From assembly GCA_964398335.1 (NCBI GenBank), contig CAYNOF010000902.1, positions 1 through 28,267 on the forward strand: a stretch of 28,267 nucleotides of DNA. Reading direction: 5' to 3'. How positions within the stretch are numbered: the first letter of the stretch is position 1; each line of letters opens with the position of its first letter. A model generated the notes under the pieces. The model was not told the origin of the DNA. It saw only the letters and a list, made by a program, of their open reading frames with translations, and ran no database searches. The DNA comes from an uncultured Rhizobiaceae bacterium. Lineage in GTDB: Bacteria > Pseudomonadota > Alphaproteobacteria > Reyranellales > Reyranellaceae. A program made the position numbers and the translations under genes. Positions 16,311-24,588 of this stretch are shown piece by piece.

Positions 16311-18467
16311 ATGGCGAAGACGGGCAAACCAGCGGCAGCGCGGACCTCCGGCCAGGCGACAGAGAAGGATCCCGATGCTGTCGCGACCGAAACGCCCAAG
16401 ACCGAGCAGCTCGGGCCCTTCTCGCAGGCGCCGGGCGAGCGTCTGACCACCAACCAGGGCGTGGCCGTCAGCGACGACCAGAGCTCGCTCAAGGCACACG
16501 CCCGCGGCCCGACGCTGATTGAAGACATCCTGATGCGTGAGAAGATCACGCATTTCGACCACGAGCGCATTCCCGAGCGCGTCGTGCACGCACGCGGCGC
16601 GGCCGCGCATGGCGTGTTCGAGTGCTACGACGATCTCAGCGCTCTCACCATGGCCGCACCGCTGCAGGGCAAGGGGGTACAGACGCCGGTCTTCGTCCGC
16701 TTCTCGACGGTAGCGGGCTCACGCGGCTCGGCCGACACGGCGCGCGACGTGCGCGGCTTCGCGGTGAAATTCTACACGAGCGCGGGCGTGTGGGACCTGG
16801 TGGGCAACAACATGCCGGTGTTCTTCATCCAGGACGCCAACAAGTTCCCCGACCTGATCCACGCGGTGAAGCCGGAGCCCCACCGCGAGATCCCGCAGGC
16901 AGCGTCGGCGCACGACACGTTCTGGGACTTCGTCTCGCTCACGCCGGAGAGCGCGCACATGCTGATGTGGGTGATGAGCGACCGCGCCATCCCGTGCAGC
17001 TTCGCCACCATGGAAGGCTTCGGCGTGCACACCTTCCGCCTGGTCAACGCCAAAGGCGAATGGCGCTTCGTGAAGTTCCACTGGAAGCCACCGAAGGGCG
17101 TGGCTTCGCTGGTATGGGAAGAGGCGCAACTGCTGGCCGGCAAGGATCCCGACTTCAACCGCCGCAACCTCTTCGAGGCGATCGAACGCGGCGACTTTCC
17201 GGAGTGGGAGCTGGGCCTGCAGATCGTCGAGGAGAAGGACGAGCATGCCTTCGACTTCGACCTGCTCGACCCCACCAAGATCATCCCCGAGGAACTCGTG
17301 CCGGTGCGCCGCGTCGGCAGGCTGGTTCTGAACCGCAACCCCGACAATTTCTTCGCCGAGACCGAGCAGGTCGCATTCCACACCGGCCACATCATCCCCG
17401 GCATCGACTTCACCAACGACCCGCTGCTGCAGGGCCGCCTGTTCTCCTACATCGACACGCAATTGCGCCGCGTCGGGCCGAACTTCCACGAGCTGCCGAT
17501 CAACCGCTCGCTCGCGCCGGTCGACAACAATCAGCGCGACGGGATGGGGCGAACGACCATCGACAAGGGCCGCGTCGCCTATTTCCCCAACAGCCTCGCG
17601 CGCGGCTGCCCGATGCACAGGCCCGATGGCGCCGCGGCCTTCCGCTCGCTGATGATCGAGGAGTCCGGCGGCAAGACACGCGCGCGCAGCCCCGGCTTCA
17701 ATGACCATTTCAGCCAGGCGACAATGTTCTGGAACAGCATGAGCGATTGGGAGAAGGACCACATCGCCGCCGCCTTCGCCTTCGAGCTCAACAACGTCGT
17801 CGATGAGGGCGTGCGCAACCGCGTGATGAACGAGATCCTGGTCAACATCAATCCGGAGCTTGCTGCCGTGGTCTCGGCGCAGACCGGTATCGCCGTCGAG
17901 CCGGCCGGCACGCCCGACAATCCCACCCCCTCGGCGCCGACCCCCTCGGGTCCGCTCAAGCGCGATGCGGTGAAGCTTTCCTCGCCGGCGCTCAGCATGG
18001 ACAAGCCGGCTCCGACGGTGAAGGGCCGAAAGGTCGGCATCCTGATCGGGTACGGCGCCGAGGCTGCGGAGCTGACCGCACTCGTCGACACGCTGGGCAC
18101 GTCCGGGATCGTCGCCGAACTGATCGCGCCGACCGCCGGTCTGTTCACCGATGCCAAGGGCAAGACGGTGAAGGTCAACCGCGCGGCGCCCAACGCGCCC
18201 TCGGTGCTTTACGATGCTGCCCTGGTGCCGTCCGGCGTCGGCGCCGCCCTGGCCCAGGCCGGGCTCGCCATGCGCTTTCTCGCAGAGGCCTATCGCCACG
18301 GCAAGCCGATCGCCGTGGCAAATCCGTCCGCCGACCTGTTGAAGGCCTGCAATTTCGACTCCCTCGACGGCGTCGTGGTAGCCGACCCCGGCAAGCTGGC
18401 CTCGGAACTGGTCGGCGCGCTGGCGCAGCATCGCTTTCCCTACCGTCGGAAGCCGAAGAAGGGGTGA
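16311..18467 (+). CDS. katE: Large-subunit monofunctional heme catalase HPII with C-terminal DJ-1/PfpI-like domain
   Basis: FDHERIPERVVHARG (distal His), VRFSTVAG, DLVGNN and LLQGRLFSY (proximal Tyr) motifs, plus a C-terminal flavodoxin-like domain. GGAG precedes ATG 16311. Confidence 0.96.
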   Translation: MAKTGKPAAARTSGQATEKDPDAVATETPKTEQLGPFSQAPGERLTTNQGVAVSDDQSSLKAHARGPTLIEDILMREKITHFDHERIPERVVHARGAAAHGVFECYDDLSALTMAAPLQGKGVQTPVFVRFSTVAGSRGSADTARDVRGFAVKFYTSAGVWDLVGNNMPVFFIQDANKFPDLIHAVKPEPHREIPQAASAHDTFWDFVSLTPESAHMLMWVMSDRAIPCSFATMEGFGVHTFRLVNAKGEWRFVKFHWKPPKGVASLVWEEAQLLAGKDPDFNRRNLFEAIERGDFPEWELGLQIVEEKDEHAFDFDLLDPTKIIPEELVPVRRVGRLVLNRNPDNFFAETEQVAFHTGHIIPGIDFTNDPLLQGRLFSYIDTQLRRVGPNFHELPINRSLAPVDNNQRDGMGRTTIDKGRVAYFPNSLARGCPMHRPDGAAAFRSLMIEESGGKTRARSPGFNDHFSQATMFWNSMSDWEKDHIAAAFAFELNNVVDEGVRNRVMNEILVNINPELAAVVSAQTGIAVEPAGTPDNPTPSAPTPSGPLKRDAVKLSSPALSMDKPAPTVKGRKVGILIGYGAEAAELTALVDTLGTSGIVAELIAPTAGLFTDAKGKTVKVNRAAPNAPSVLYDAALVPSGVGAALAQAGLAMRFLAEAYRHGKPIAVANPSADLLKACNFDSLDGVVVADPGKLASELVGALAQHRFPYRRKPKKG

Positions 18468-18619
18468 CCTGGACGTTATCCCCAGCCAAACCCCGAACGC
18501 TCCATTTTGAACCCGATGCCGATGGACCGTTTCGCGCCATGCGAGCATTGGTGCAGCAGCACTGCGCGTCCCGGACGACCCCCGACCGATGAGCGTCGCA
18601 GCTGATTGCGAGGCACGAC

Positions 18620-18856
18620 ATGCGAGCGTGGTACGGTTGCGATCGTCACTGGTTCATCGTCGCGTTGCCATGGGGTTCGAGCGCCAAGGCCTATGGCTGG
18701 AGCGAGGACTCGATGAGCTGGGAGTACATCGGCCTGGAGCGTACGGACTGGGTCGCGTCGCGTTTCGGCCGTGAGATCGACCTCGACAAGATTCCCGCCG
18801 ATGTTCGCGAATTGTTGCCGAATCGTCGCGTCATCCAGCAACTGGTCGCCGCCTAG
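18620..18856 (+). CDS. Small Trp-rich hypothetical protein (78 aa)
   Basis: GAGG lies 6 nt before the ATG; codons are mostly G/C-ending; it fills an otherwise empty gap. No family recognised. Confidence 0.5.
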   Translation: MRAWYGCDRHWFIVALPWGSSAKAYGWSEDSMSWEYIGLERTDWVASRFGREIDLDKIPADVRELLPNRRVIQQLVAA

Positions 18857-18903
18857 CTCGGAACCCGGCTATAGTCGGGGCCCCTCAGCGGTCCCGACAG
18901 TTG

Positions 18904-19410
18904 ATGCGTCGTTCATTCGGGCTGATCGTCATCGCAGCGTATCTGCTGCTCGCGCCGGTGCTGGCGCCCGCGCCGGCGCGCGCCGAGATTCTCGCCGGGC
19001 CGGCCAACGGCCTCGATGAGGATTCGATCGCCGTCGGCGGCGAGCGCGTGCGCCTGTGGGGCATCGACGCGCCCGATCTCGGCCAGGCCTGCACGCGCGG
19101 CGGCAAGTCCTGGGCCTGCGGCCGAGATGTCGCCCAGGCCCTCGACCGGCTGGTCACCGGCAAGACCGTGCGCTGCCTGGTGATCGTGCGCGACAGGATC
19201 CGCCGGCTGGTGGTCGGCGACTGCACCCTGGGCGGCGAGAGCCTGTCACGCTGGATGATCGTCAACGGCTACGCGGTCATGAACACGCGCCAGACCGACG
19301 CCTACGCCAAGGAAGAGAGCGAGGCGCGCGAGGCCAAGCGCGGCATCTGGGGCAGCACCTTCGAACTGCCCTGGGAATGGCGCGCGCGCCAGAAGCTGCG
19401 CGGCCGCTGA
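18904..19410 (+). CDS. Thermonuclease (SNase-like) family protein, exported
   Basis: Signal peptide; D.DSI.V.G.RVRLWGIDAPD, DR..R.V..C and E..AR..KRGIW motifs. Confidence 0.9.
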   Translation: MRRSFGLIVIAAYLLLAPVLAPAPARAEILAGPANGLDEDSIAVGGERVRLWGIDAPDLGQACTRGGKSWACGRDVAQALDRLVTGKTVRCLVIVRDRIRRLVVGDCTLGGESLSRWMIVNGYAVMNTRQTDAYAKEESEAREAKRGIWGSTFELPWEWRARQKLRGR

Positions 19411-19417
19411 GCAGGTG

Positions 19418-19594
19418 ATGCTCAGCGACTGGTGGAGCACTTATCGCACGCGCGGCACGCCGCTTCGGCGCTGGGTGAACGGTACCCTCATGGTGGCGGG
19501 TATCGCCGCGTTGCTCTGGTTCCTCTGGTTCACCTTCAGGGTCGCGCTGATCATCGACGAGATAATCTCGCTGCTGCTGGGCCGGAAACCCTGA
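19418..19594 (+). CDS. Small single-pass membrane protein (58 aa), below the ORF-track cutoff
   Basis: Hand translation: MLSDWWSTYRTRGTPLRRWVNGTLMVAGIAALLWFLWFTFRVALIIDEIISLLLGRKP*. AGGT precedes the start, codon bias is good, and it begins 7 nt after the nuclease stop. Confidence 0.6.
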   Translation: MLSDWWSTYRTRGTPLRRWVNGTLMVAGIAALLWFLWFTFRVALIIDEIISLLLGRKP

Positions 19595-19608
19595 GCACGC
19601 ATTCCTCT

Positions 19609-19730
19609 ACCTTCCCTCGGAGCGGGAAGGTGCCCGAAGGGCGGAAGGGGGATGTTGAAGACGAACACGGGAGTCCGGCTTCGACATCCCCGTCTGTCGC
19701 TGCGCGCCACCTTCCCTCTCCGGGGGAAGG
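19609..19730. repeat. 122-bp palindromic intergenic element (RIME/CIR-like) with central GANTC
   Basis: Terminal hairpins ACCTTCCC-N7-GGGAAGG at 19609 and 19709; inner arms GGGGATGTTGAAG (19648-60) and CTTCGACATCCCC (19679-91); GAGTC at 19671. Confidence 0.8.
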
Positions 19731-19735
19731 AAAGA

Positions 19736-21274
19736 TCAGACCCGCGAGCTCTGGCGGTAGAACGGCTCGTGCTTCGCCGGGTCGAAGTAGTGGGTGTAGA
19801 ACTTCTTCACGTGCGGCAGCAGCGCCTTCGACAGCTTGCGCCGCTCCACCTCGTCGTCCGACAACGCCTACGACAGGTCGTCGTGCAGCGCCTTGAGCGC
19901 GCCGTCGCGGTCGACCTTGGTGAACTTGCCGCCCTGGTAGATCACCTCGCCGTCGCACATGGTCATGGTCACGCCGTCGGTCTTGGCGCGCTGGATCACG
20001 GCGTCGAGCAGCGGCATCTCCTCGTCGAGATAGGGATAGGCGATCTTCTTCCAGTCGAGCAGCACGAGGTCGGCCGCCTTGCCTTCGGCGATGGTGCCCA
20101 GGCGCTCGCCGAACGCCGTGGTGCGCGCACCGCCCACGGTGGCCATGCGCAAGACCTGCGCCATGGTCGGCACCTCGTCGCCGATGCCTGGCACGCGGTG
20201 CGCCCGCAGCACCAGGCGCATCTCCTGCAGCATGTCGCGATCGTCGTTGATGCCGGCCTCGTCGAGCCCGATGGCGGTGTTGATGCCCTTGGCCTCGAAA
20301 TGGTTGAGCGCCGCCACGCCGGAACGCAGCCTGAAGTTCGACGAGCAATTGTGACAGACGCAGCTGCCGGTCGCGGCCAGCCGGTCGATATCCTTCTCGT
20401 TGAGCCACACGCCGTGGCCCAGGGTCAGGCGCGGCCCGAGCATGTCGAAGCGGTCGATGTACTCGACGGCGGTGCAGTTGCCGCGGCGCCAGGCGTATTC
20501 CTTCTGCAGCGCCGTTTCGACCAGGTGCATGTGCATCGGCACGTCGTACTTCTTCGACGCCTCCGACAGCGCGGTCAGCGCCTTGTCCGAACACCAGTGC
20601 AGGTTGGCCGGCGCGAGCTGGATCTTCACCCGGCTCTTGTTGCCGTGCTGGCCGTGCAGGTGCTCGAACATGGACATGCAGTCCTCGAGCCCCATCTTGT
20701 AGCGGTCGAACCAGCGCTGCATCGGACCCTGCAGCTCCTTGGGCAGGCCGGCGACGAATTCCTCGTCCTTCTGGTAGACGAGCCGGTTCTGGTCGCGCAC
20801 CGCGAAGCAGTACGAGACGCGCATGCCGACGTCCTCGTAGGCCTTGATCACCTCGTTGGCCTTGGCCTCGACCTCCGGCAGATGGCCGGGCAGCCAGCCG
20901 TGAATGTGCTGCACCGTGGTGATGCCCGAGCCGATCATCTCGAAGGCCGAGTACAGCGTGTCGAGATAGAGGTTGAGGTTGCGGCTCACCATGCGGGTGA
21001 TGAACCACAGCTCCAGCGGCATATCAGGGGAGCCGAGCTGCACCGGCGTGAGGCCGACATGATGGTGGCCGTTGACGAAGCCCGGCACCATGATCTCGTT
21101 ACCGGTGCCGATCACCGGCGTGGTGGGATATTTGCGGCTGAGATCGTCGTAGGTGCCGGTGGCGACGATGACGCCGTCCTCCTGCAGCACGGCGCCGCCG
21201 GCGATCTCCTCCCAGCTTTCGCGGTTCTTCGCGCGCGTGATCATGGCGCGGCTGCGGATCAGGGAAGTGCCCAT
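19736..21274 (-). CDS. Metal-dependent amidohydrolase (Atz/Trz/SAH-deaminase-like) interrupted by an in-frame TAG at 19868-19870 near the C-terminus
   Basis: GAGGAG precedes ATG 21274. GFVNGHHH, HMHLVET, GHGVW and GLDE motifs. The frame continues 43 well-biased codons past the TAG to TGA at 19736. If the TAG is real, the CDS is 19868..21274. Confidence 0.85.
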
Positions 21275-21321
21275 GGCGATCTCCTCCTCTACTCTGTTCT
21301 CTTGGGTGAAGGGCGGGCGGT

Positions 21322-22149
21322 TCAGTCGGCTTCGGCGAGCGCTTCCTGTTCGGCGAAGGCGCGGTCGACCTCGTCGCGCAGCAGGCTGGTGAGATCGCGC
21401 CGCAGCGCCTCGCATTCGGGCGAGAACGGATCGCGCGGCCGCTTCAGGTCGACCGGCACGATCGATTTGATGCGACCCGGCCGCGAAGTGAAGATCACCA
21501 CGCGGTCAGCCAGCGCCACCGCCTCGTCAATGTGGTGCGTGACGAACAGCACCGAGGCGCCGCTGTCGCGCCAGACGTCGAGCAGGAAGTCCTGCATCTT
21601 CGCCCGGGTCTGCACGTCGAGCGCGGCGAACGGCTCGTCCATCAGCAGCACCTTGGGCCGCATGGCGAGCGCACGGGCCACGGCGACGCGCTGGCGCATG
21701 CCGCCGCTGAGCTCGTCGGGCCGCTTGTCCATCGCCTCGCTGAGGCCGACGCGCTGCAGCGCCTGGCGCGCCACTGCCTTGCGCTGCTCGACCGACTCGC
21801 CGCGGATCGACAGGCCGAAGCTGACGTTCTGCCAGACCGTCAGCCAGGGAAACAGCGAGGTCTCCTGGAAGATCAGGCTGCGGTCGGGCGACGGCTGCTC
21901 GACCGGCGTGCCAAAGGATTCGATCTGCCCTTCGGTGGCGTCCTCGAGCCCGGCGATGAGATAGAGCAAGGTGCTCTTGCCGCAGCCCGAGGGGCCGAGC
22001 AGGACGGTGAACTCGCCGGGCGCGACGTCGAGATCGATGCCGGTGAGCGCGACATGGGCGCGATCGGTGCCGGCGGCCCAAATCTTGCCGACGCCGCGGC
22101 AGGCCACGGCGTCGCGCGAGGACAGCGGCTTGTCGGATCTATAGGCCAC
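21322..22149 (-). CDS. ABC transporter ATP-binding protein (SsuB/TauB/NrtD-like)
   Basis: GPSGCGKST, LSGGMRQR, LLMDEPFAALD and FVTH motifs. GTG 22149 overlaps the permease stop. Confidence 0.95.
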   Translation of the reverse strand: MAYRSDKPLSSRDAVACRGVGKIWAAGTDRAHVALTGIDLDVAPGEFTVLLGPSGCGKSTLLYLIAGLEDATEGQIESFGTPVEQPSPDRSLIFQETSLFPWLTVWQNVSFGLSIRGESVEQRKAVARQALQRVGLSEAMDKRPDELSGGMRQRVAVARALAMRPKVLLMDEPFAALDVQTRAKMQDFLLDVWRDSGASVLFVTHHIDEAVALADRVVIFTSRPGRIKSIVPVDLKRPRDPFSPECEALRRDLTSLLRDEVDRAFAEQEALAEAD

Positions 22150-23074
22150 GCAGCACCCCCGCGGGTTCGGGCATCCAGTACAGGATCCGCCGCTGCACAA
22201 AGCGCATCGTCCAGTCCGACAGGAAGCCGCACAGGCCGATCAGCGCGATGGTGAAGAACACCAGCGACGGGTTGAAGGTGTTGCGCGCCAGCATGATGAC
22301 CTGGCCCAGGCCGTAGCCGACGCCGGTCGACTCGGCGACCAGCACCACCATCCAGGCGCCGAACAGGTTGAGCCGCAGCACCATGAACAGGCCGGGCAGG
22401 ATCGCCGGGACGATCACCCTGCCATAGATCTGCCGCTTGGTGGCGCCCATCGTGCGCGCCACGTTGATGAAGTTGCGGTTGACGCCGTCGATCTGGTTGA
22501 TGGTGGCGAGCACCATGTGGAAGAACAGCGCCACCACGACCATGAAGATGGCCGGCGCATCGCCGATGCCGAAGATGAAGATCGCCACCGGCAGCCAGGC
22601 GATCGGCGACACCGGCGACAGCAGGGTGATGGTCGGCAAAGTGAGCTTCTCGACCGCGACGAAGTAGCGGATCGTCACGCCCATGCCGATCGACAGGATC
22701 GCCGCGATCAGCAGGCCGACGAAGACGCGCATCGCCGAGGACGCCACGGTGATCAGCACCGCCATCTCCGGCGACGGGCCGGTGTTCATGCCGACGCCGA
22801 TCTGCCAGCGCTGCGCCGTGTTGAAGAACTTCAGCTGCTCGGGGAAGTTGCCGAGGAAGATGTGCGGCGGCGGCAGCAGCTTGGGATCGGCGATGTCGAA
22901 GGCCCACAGCAGCTCCCAGACGGCGCAGAACAGGCCGACCGAGAGCAGCCACAGGCCGATGCGCGAGGTGACGCGCGACAGCGCGGGCGCGAGCGCCGGG
23001 CGCGTGCCGGCGGCAGGCCCGCCCGACGTCACGCCCGGTACCACGGCATCGCTGGCGTCCGGCACCGCGGCCAT
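22139..23074 (-). CDS. ABC transporter permease (SsuC/TauC-like)
   Basis: LLPPP, SP.AWLP and EAA-like region VARTMGATKRQIYGRVIVPAILP; ATG overlaps the SBP stop (TGATG). Confidence 0.93.
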   Translation of the reverse strand: MAAVPDASDAVVPGVTSGGPAAGTRPALAPALSRVTSRIGLWLLSVGLFCAVWELLWAFDIADPKLLPPPHIFLGNFPEQLKFFNTAQRWQIGVGMNTGPSPEMAVLITVASSAMRVFVGLLIAAILSIGMGVTIRYFVAVEKLTLPTITLLSPVSPIAWLPVAIFIFGIGDAPAIFMVVVALFFHMVLATINQIDGVNRNFINVARTMGATKRQIYGRVIVPAILPGLFMVLRLNLFGAWMVVLVAESTGVGYGLGQVIMLARNTFNPSLVFFTIALIGLCGFLSDWTMRFVQRRILYWMPEPAGVLRGL

Positions 23075-24138
23075 CAGGCCGCCGCCTTGAACTTGAGCTG
23101 GCCGTAGAGCTCCTTGTTCTCGGCAATCACCTGCTCGAGCAGGGTCCAGTCGATCGCGTCGCGGCCGGGCTTCTTCTTGATGTAGCCCATCTCGACCAGC
23201 GAATCGGTGCGGTCGAGGATGAACTGCGTCTGCGAGCGCGCGTCGACCACCGCCGGCTGCTTGCTCATGGCGATCTTGGCGTTGGCCATCGACGTCTTGT
23301 AATAGGGGCCGACCAGCTTGCCGAGCACCTCGTCCGGCTTGGTCTCGGCCATCAGCTGCGCCTTCATCATGCCCTTGATCAGGGCCTTGAGCGCCTTGGG
23401 ATTCTGCTTGATCAGGTCGGCGCGCGAGGCCAGCACGCAATCGGTGTAGCCCTTGCCGTAGATGTCGGTGCCGTCCGACAGCATGTGCGAGCCCTTGACG
23501 TCGTTGAGCAGCGCCGTGCCGTAGGGCTCGATGGTGCAGATCCAGTCGATGGCGCCGGCCTTGAAGGCCTCGACCGCCTCGGGCGTGCTGCCCATGTAGC
23601 GCACCTTGACGTCCTTGAAGCTCACACCGTTCTTCTTCAGCCAGTCGTAGGGCAGTACCTCCAGCGTATCGAGCTGGAAGGTGCCCAGGGTCTTGCCCTT
23701 GAGCTTGGCGGCGCTGTCGAGGCCGGGACGCGAGACGATGATGCAGCCCTCGATGCCGCCGCCGGCCACCACCTTCACTGGCGCGCCGGCGTCGAACAGC
23801 GCCATGAAGCTGGTGTAGGGCATCAGCCCGACATCGACCTGGCCCATGCCGAGGAACGTCACCATCTCGGCCGAGGTCGGCGTGTTGACGAACACCAGCT
23901 CGACGCCGTCATCCTTCGCCGTCTGCAGCGCGTGCGACAGGAACATGTTGAGATTGCAGAAGCCGGTGCCGTGCGTCGACTTGATCGCGGTGTCGGCCGC
24001 GAGCGCGTGGCCGATCATGCCGGGGCCGACGCCAACGGTCAGCGTCGCGGCTGCGCCTGCGCCGCGCAGGAACGATCGGCGGTTGAAATCGAACGACCGC
24101 AGATGGGTCGGGTCCGTGCAGCCAATCCGCTCACACAT
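23074..24138 (-). CDS. ABC transporter substrate-binding protein (SsuA/NMT1/THI5-like), Tat-exported
   Basis: GAGGAG ribosome-binding site; FNRRSFLRG twin-Arg leader; LKGKTLG and A..AG.ID.....EPY motifs. Confidence 0.9.
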   Translation of the reverse strand: MCERIGCTDPTHLRSFDFNRRSFLRGAGAAATLTVGVGPGMIGHALAADTAIKSTHGTGFCNLNMFLSHALQTAKDDGVELVFVNTPTSAEMVTFLGMGQVDVGLMPYTSFMALFDAGAPVKVVAGGGIEGCIIVSRPGLDSAAKLKGKTLGTFQLDTLEVLPYDWLKKNGVSFKDVKVRYMGSTPEAVEAFKAGAIDWICTIEPYGTALLNDVKGSHMLSDGTDIYGKGYTDCVLASRADLIKQNPKALKALIKGMMKAQLMAETKPDEVLGKLVGPYYKTSMANAKIAMSKQPAVVDARSQTQFILDRTDSLVEMGYIKKKPGRDAIDWTLLEQVIAENKELYGQLKFKAAA

Positions 24139-24443
24139 GATCTGATCTCCTCTTTCGCAAGCCGACGCGATCGCACGCGCCCGGCGAACCGTGGAATGGG
24201 CGAAGACGGGTCAGGGGCGGCCAGTCACCTCCATTCGCTGGAGGTTCGCGACGGCAACAAGGAGAGCGCAGCGCGGGTCGGCCTGCCGAACGCGGCGGCT
24301 GTGGGAAGCCCGTTTGCCGTACCGGTCCGGCGCCTGCACACCGGAACCATTGAGGGGCTCGCTCATCGCGATCACCGCACAACAGCTGGATGGCACGCCA
24401 ACCTTAGCGATCGCTCGGAGCGACGCTGCGCTGGCCACAACCA

Positions 24444-24460
24444 TGCATCCGCCGTGCCAA
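24444..24460 (-). promoter_or_regulatory. Candidate sigma54 (-24/-12) promoter for the ABC-amidohydrolase operon
   Basis: Minus strand reads TTGGCACGGCGGATGCA against consensus YTGGCACGNNNNTTGCW. GG and GC are separated by exactly 10 nt, with one mismatch. Confidence 0.65.
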
Positions 24461-24520
24461 CCATGGACACTGCGGAACCGATGGATCGGACGAGAGCATG
24501 TGCATTCCGACGGCAGGCGA

Positions 24521-24537
24521 TGCCGACAAGTCGGGCA
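24521..24537. promoter_or_regulatory. Dyad TGCC-N9-GGCA, candidate enhancer-binding-protein site
   Basis: TGCCGACAAGTCGGGCA, about 88-104 bp upstream of the predicted sigma54 start site. Confidence 0.4.
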
Positions 24538-24588
24538 GATTCGGATGTGGGCGTTGCGCCAGTTACCCCGACGTGCCTACGCTGCCGC

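Noticed and set aside
18508-18531. TGAAC-N15-CGTT as an EcfG promoter for the 78-aa ORF
   Set aside because: The -35 element is mismatched and the spacer is one base short; too weak to call.
18860-18879. GGAAC and a 16-bp near-palindrome (CCCGGCTATAGTCGGG) upstream of the nuclease gene
   Set aside because: No CGTT at the required distance. A single GC-rich dyad with no cognate regulator nearby could be chance.
14640-19000. Prophage or integrative element at tRNA-Thr
   Set aside because: No integrase, phage genes or att duplication in the window; kept only as a low-interest hypothesis.
24381-24408. Second sigma54-like TGGCACG on the plus strand
   Set aside because: There is no GC at the -12 position; the spacing is wrong.
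24139-24433. Known riboswitch (xanthine/NMT1, TPP, guanidine, glycine) upstream of the NMT1-like transporter
   Set aside because: The diagnostic conserved strings were not found by eye. GGAGAG...GCCGAA at about 24261-24290 is on the wrong strand for the operon and lacks the rest of the glycine aptamer. An Rfam scan would be decisive.
23485-24588. 780-aa ORF 23485..25827 as a single fusion protein
   Set aside because: The N-terminal part is antisense to the SBP gene and crosses a promoter region. Only the part from ATG 24589 has a signal peptide and hydrolase motifs.
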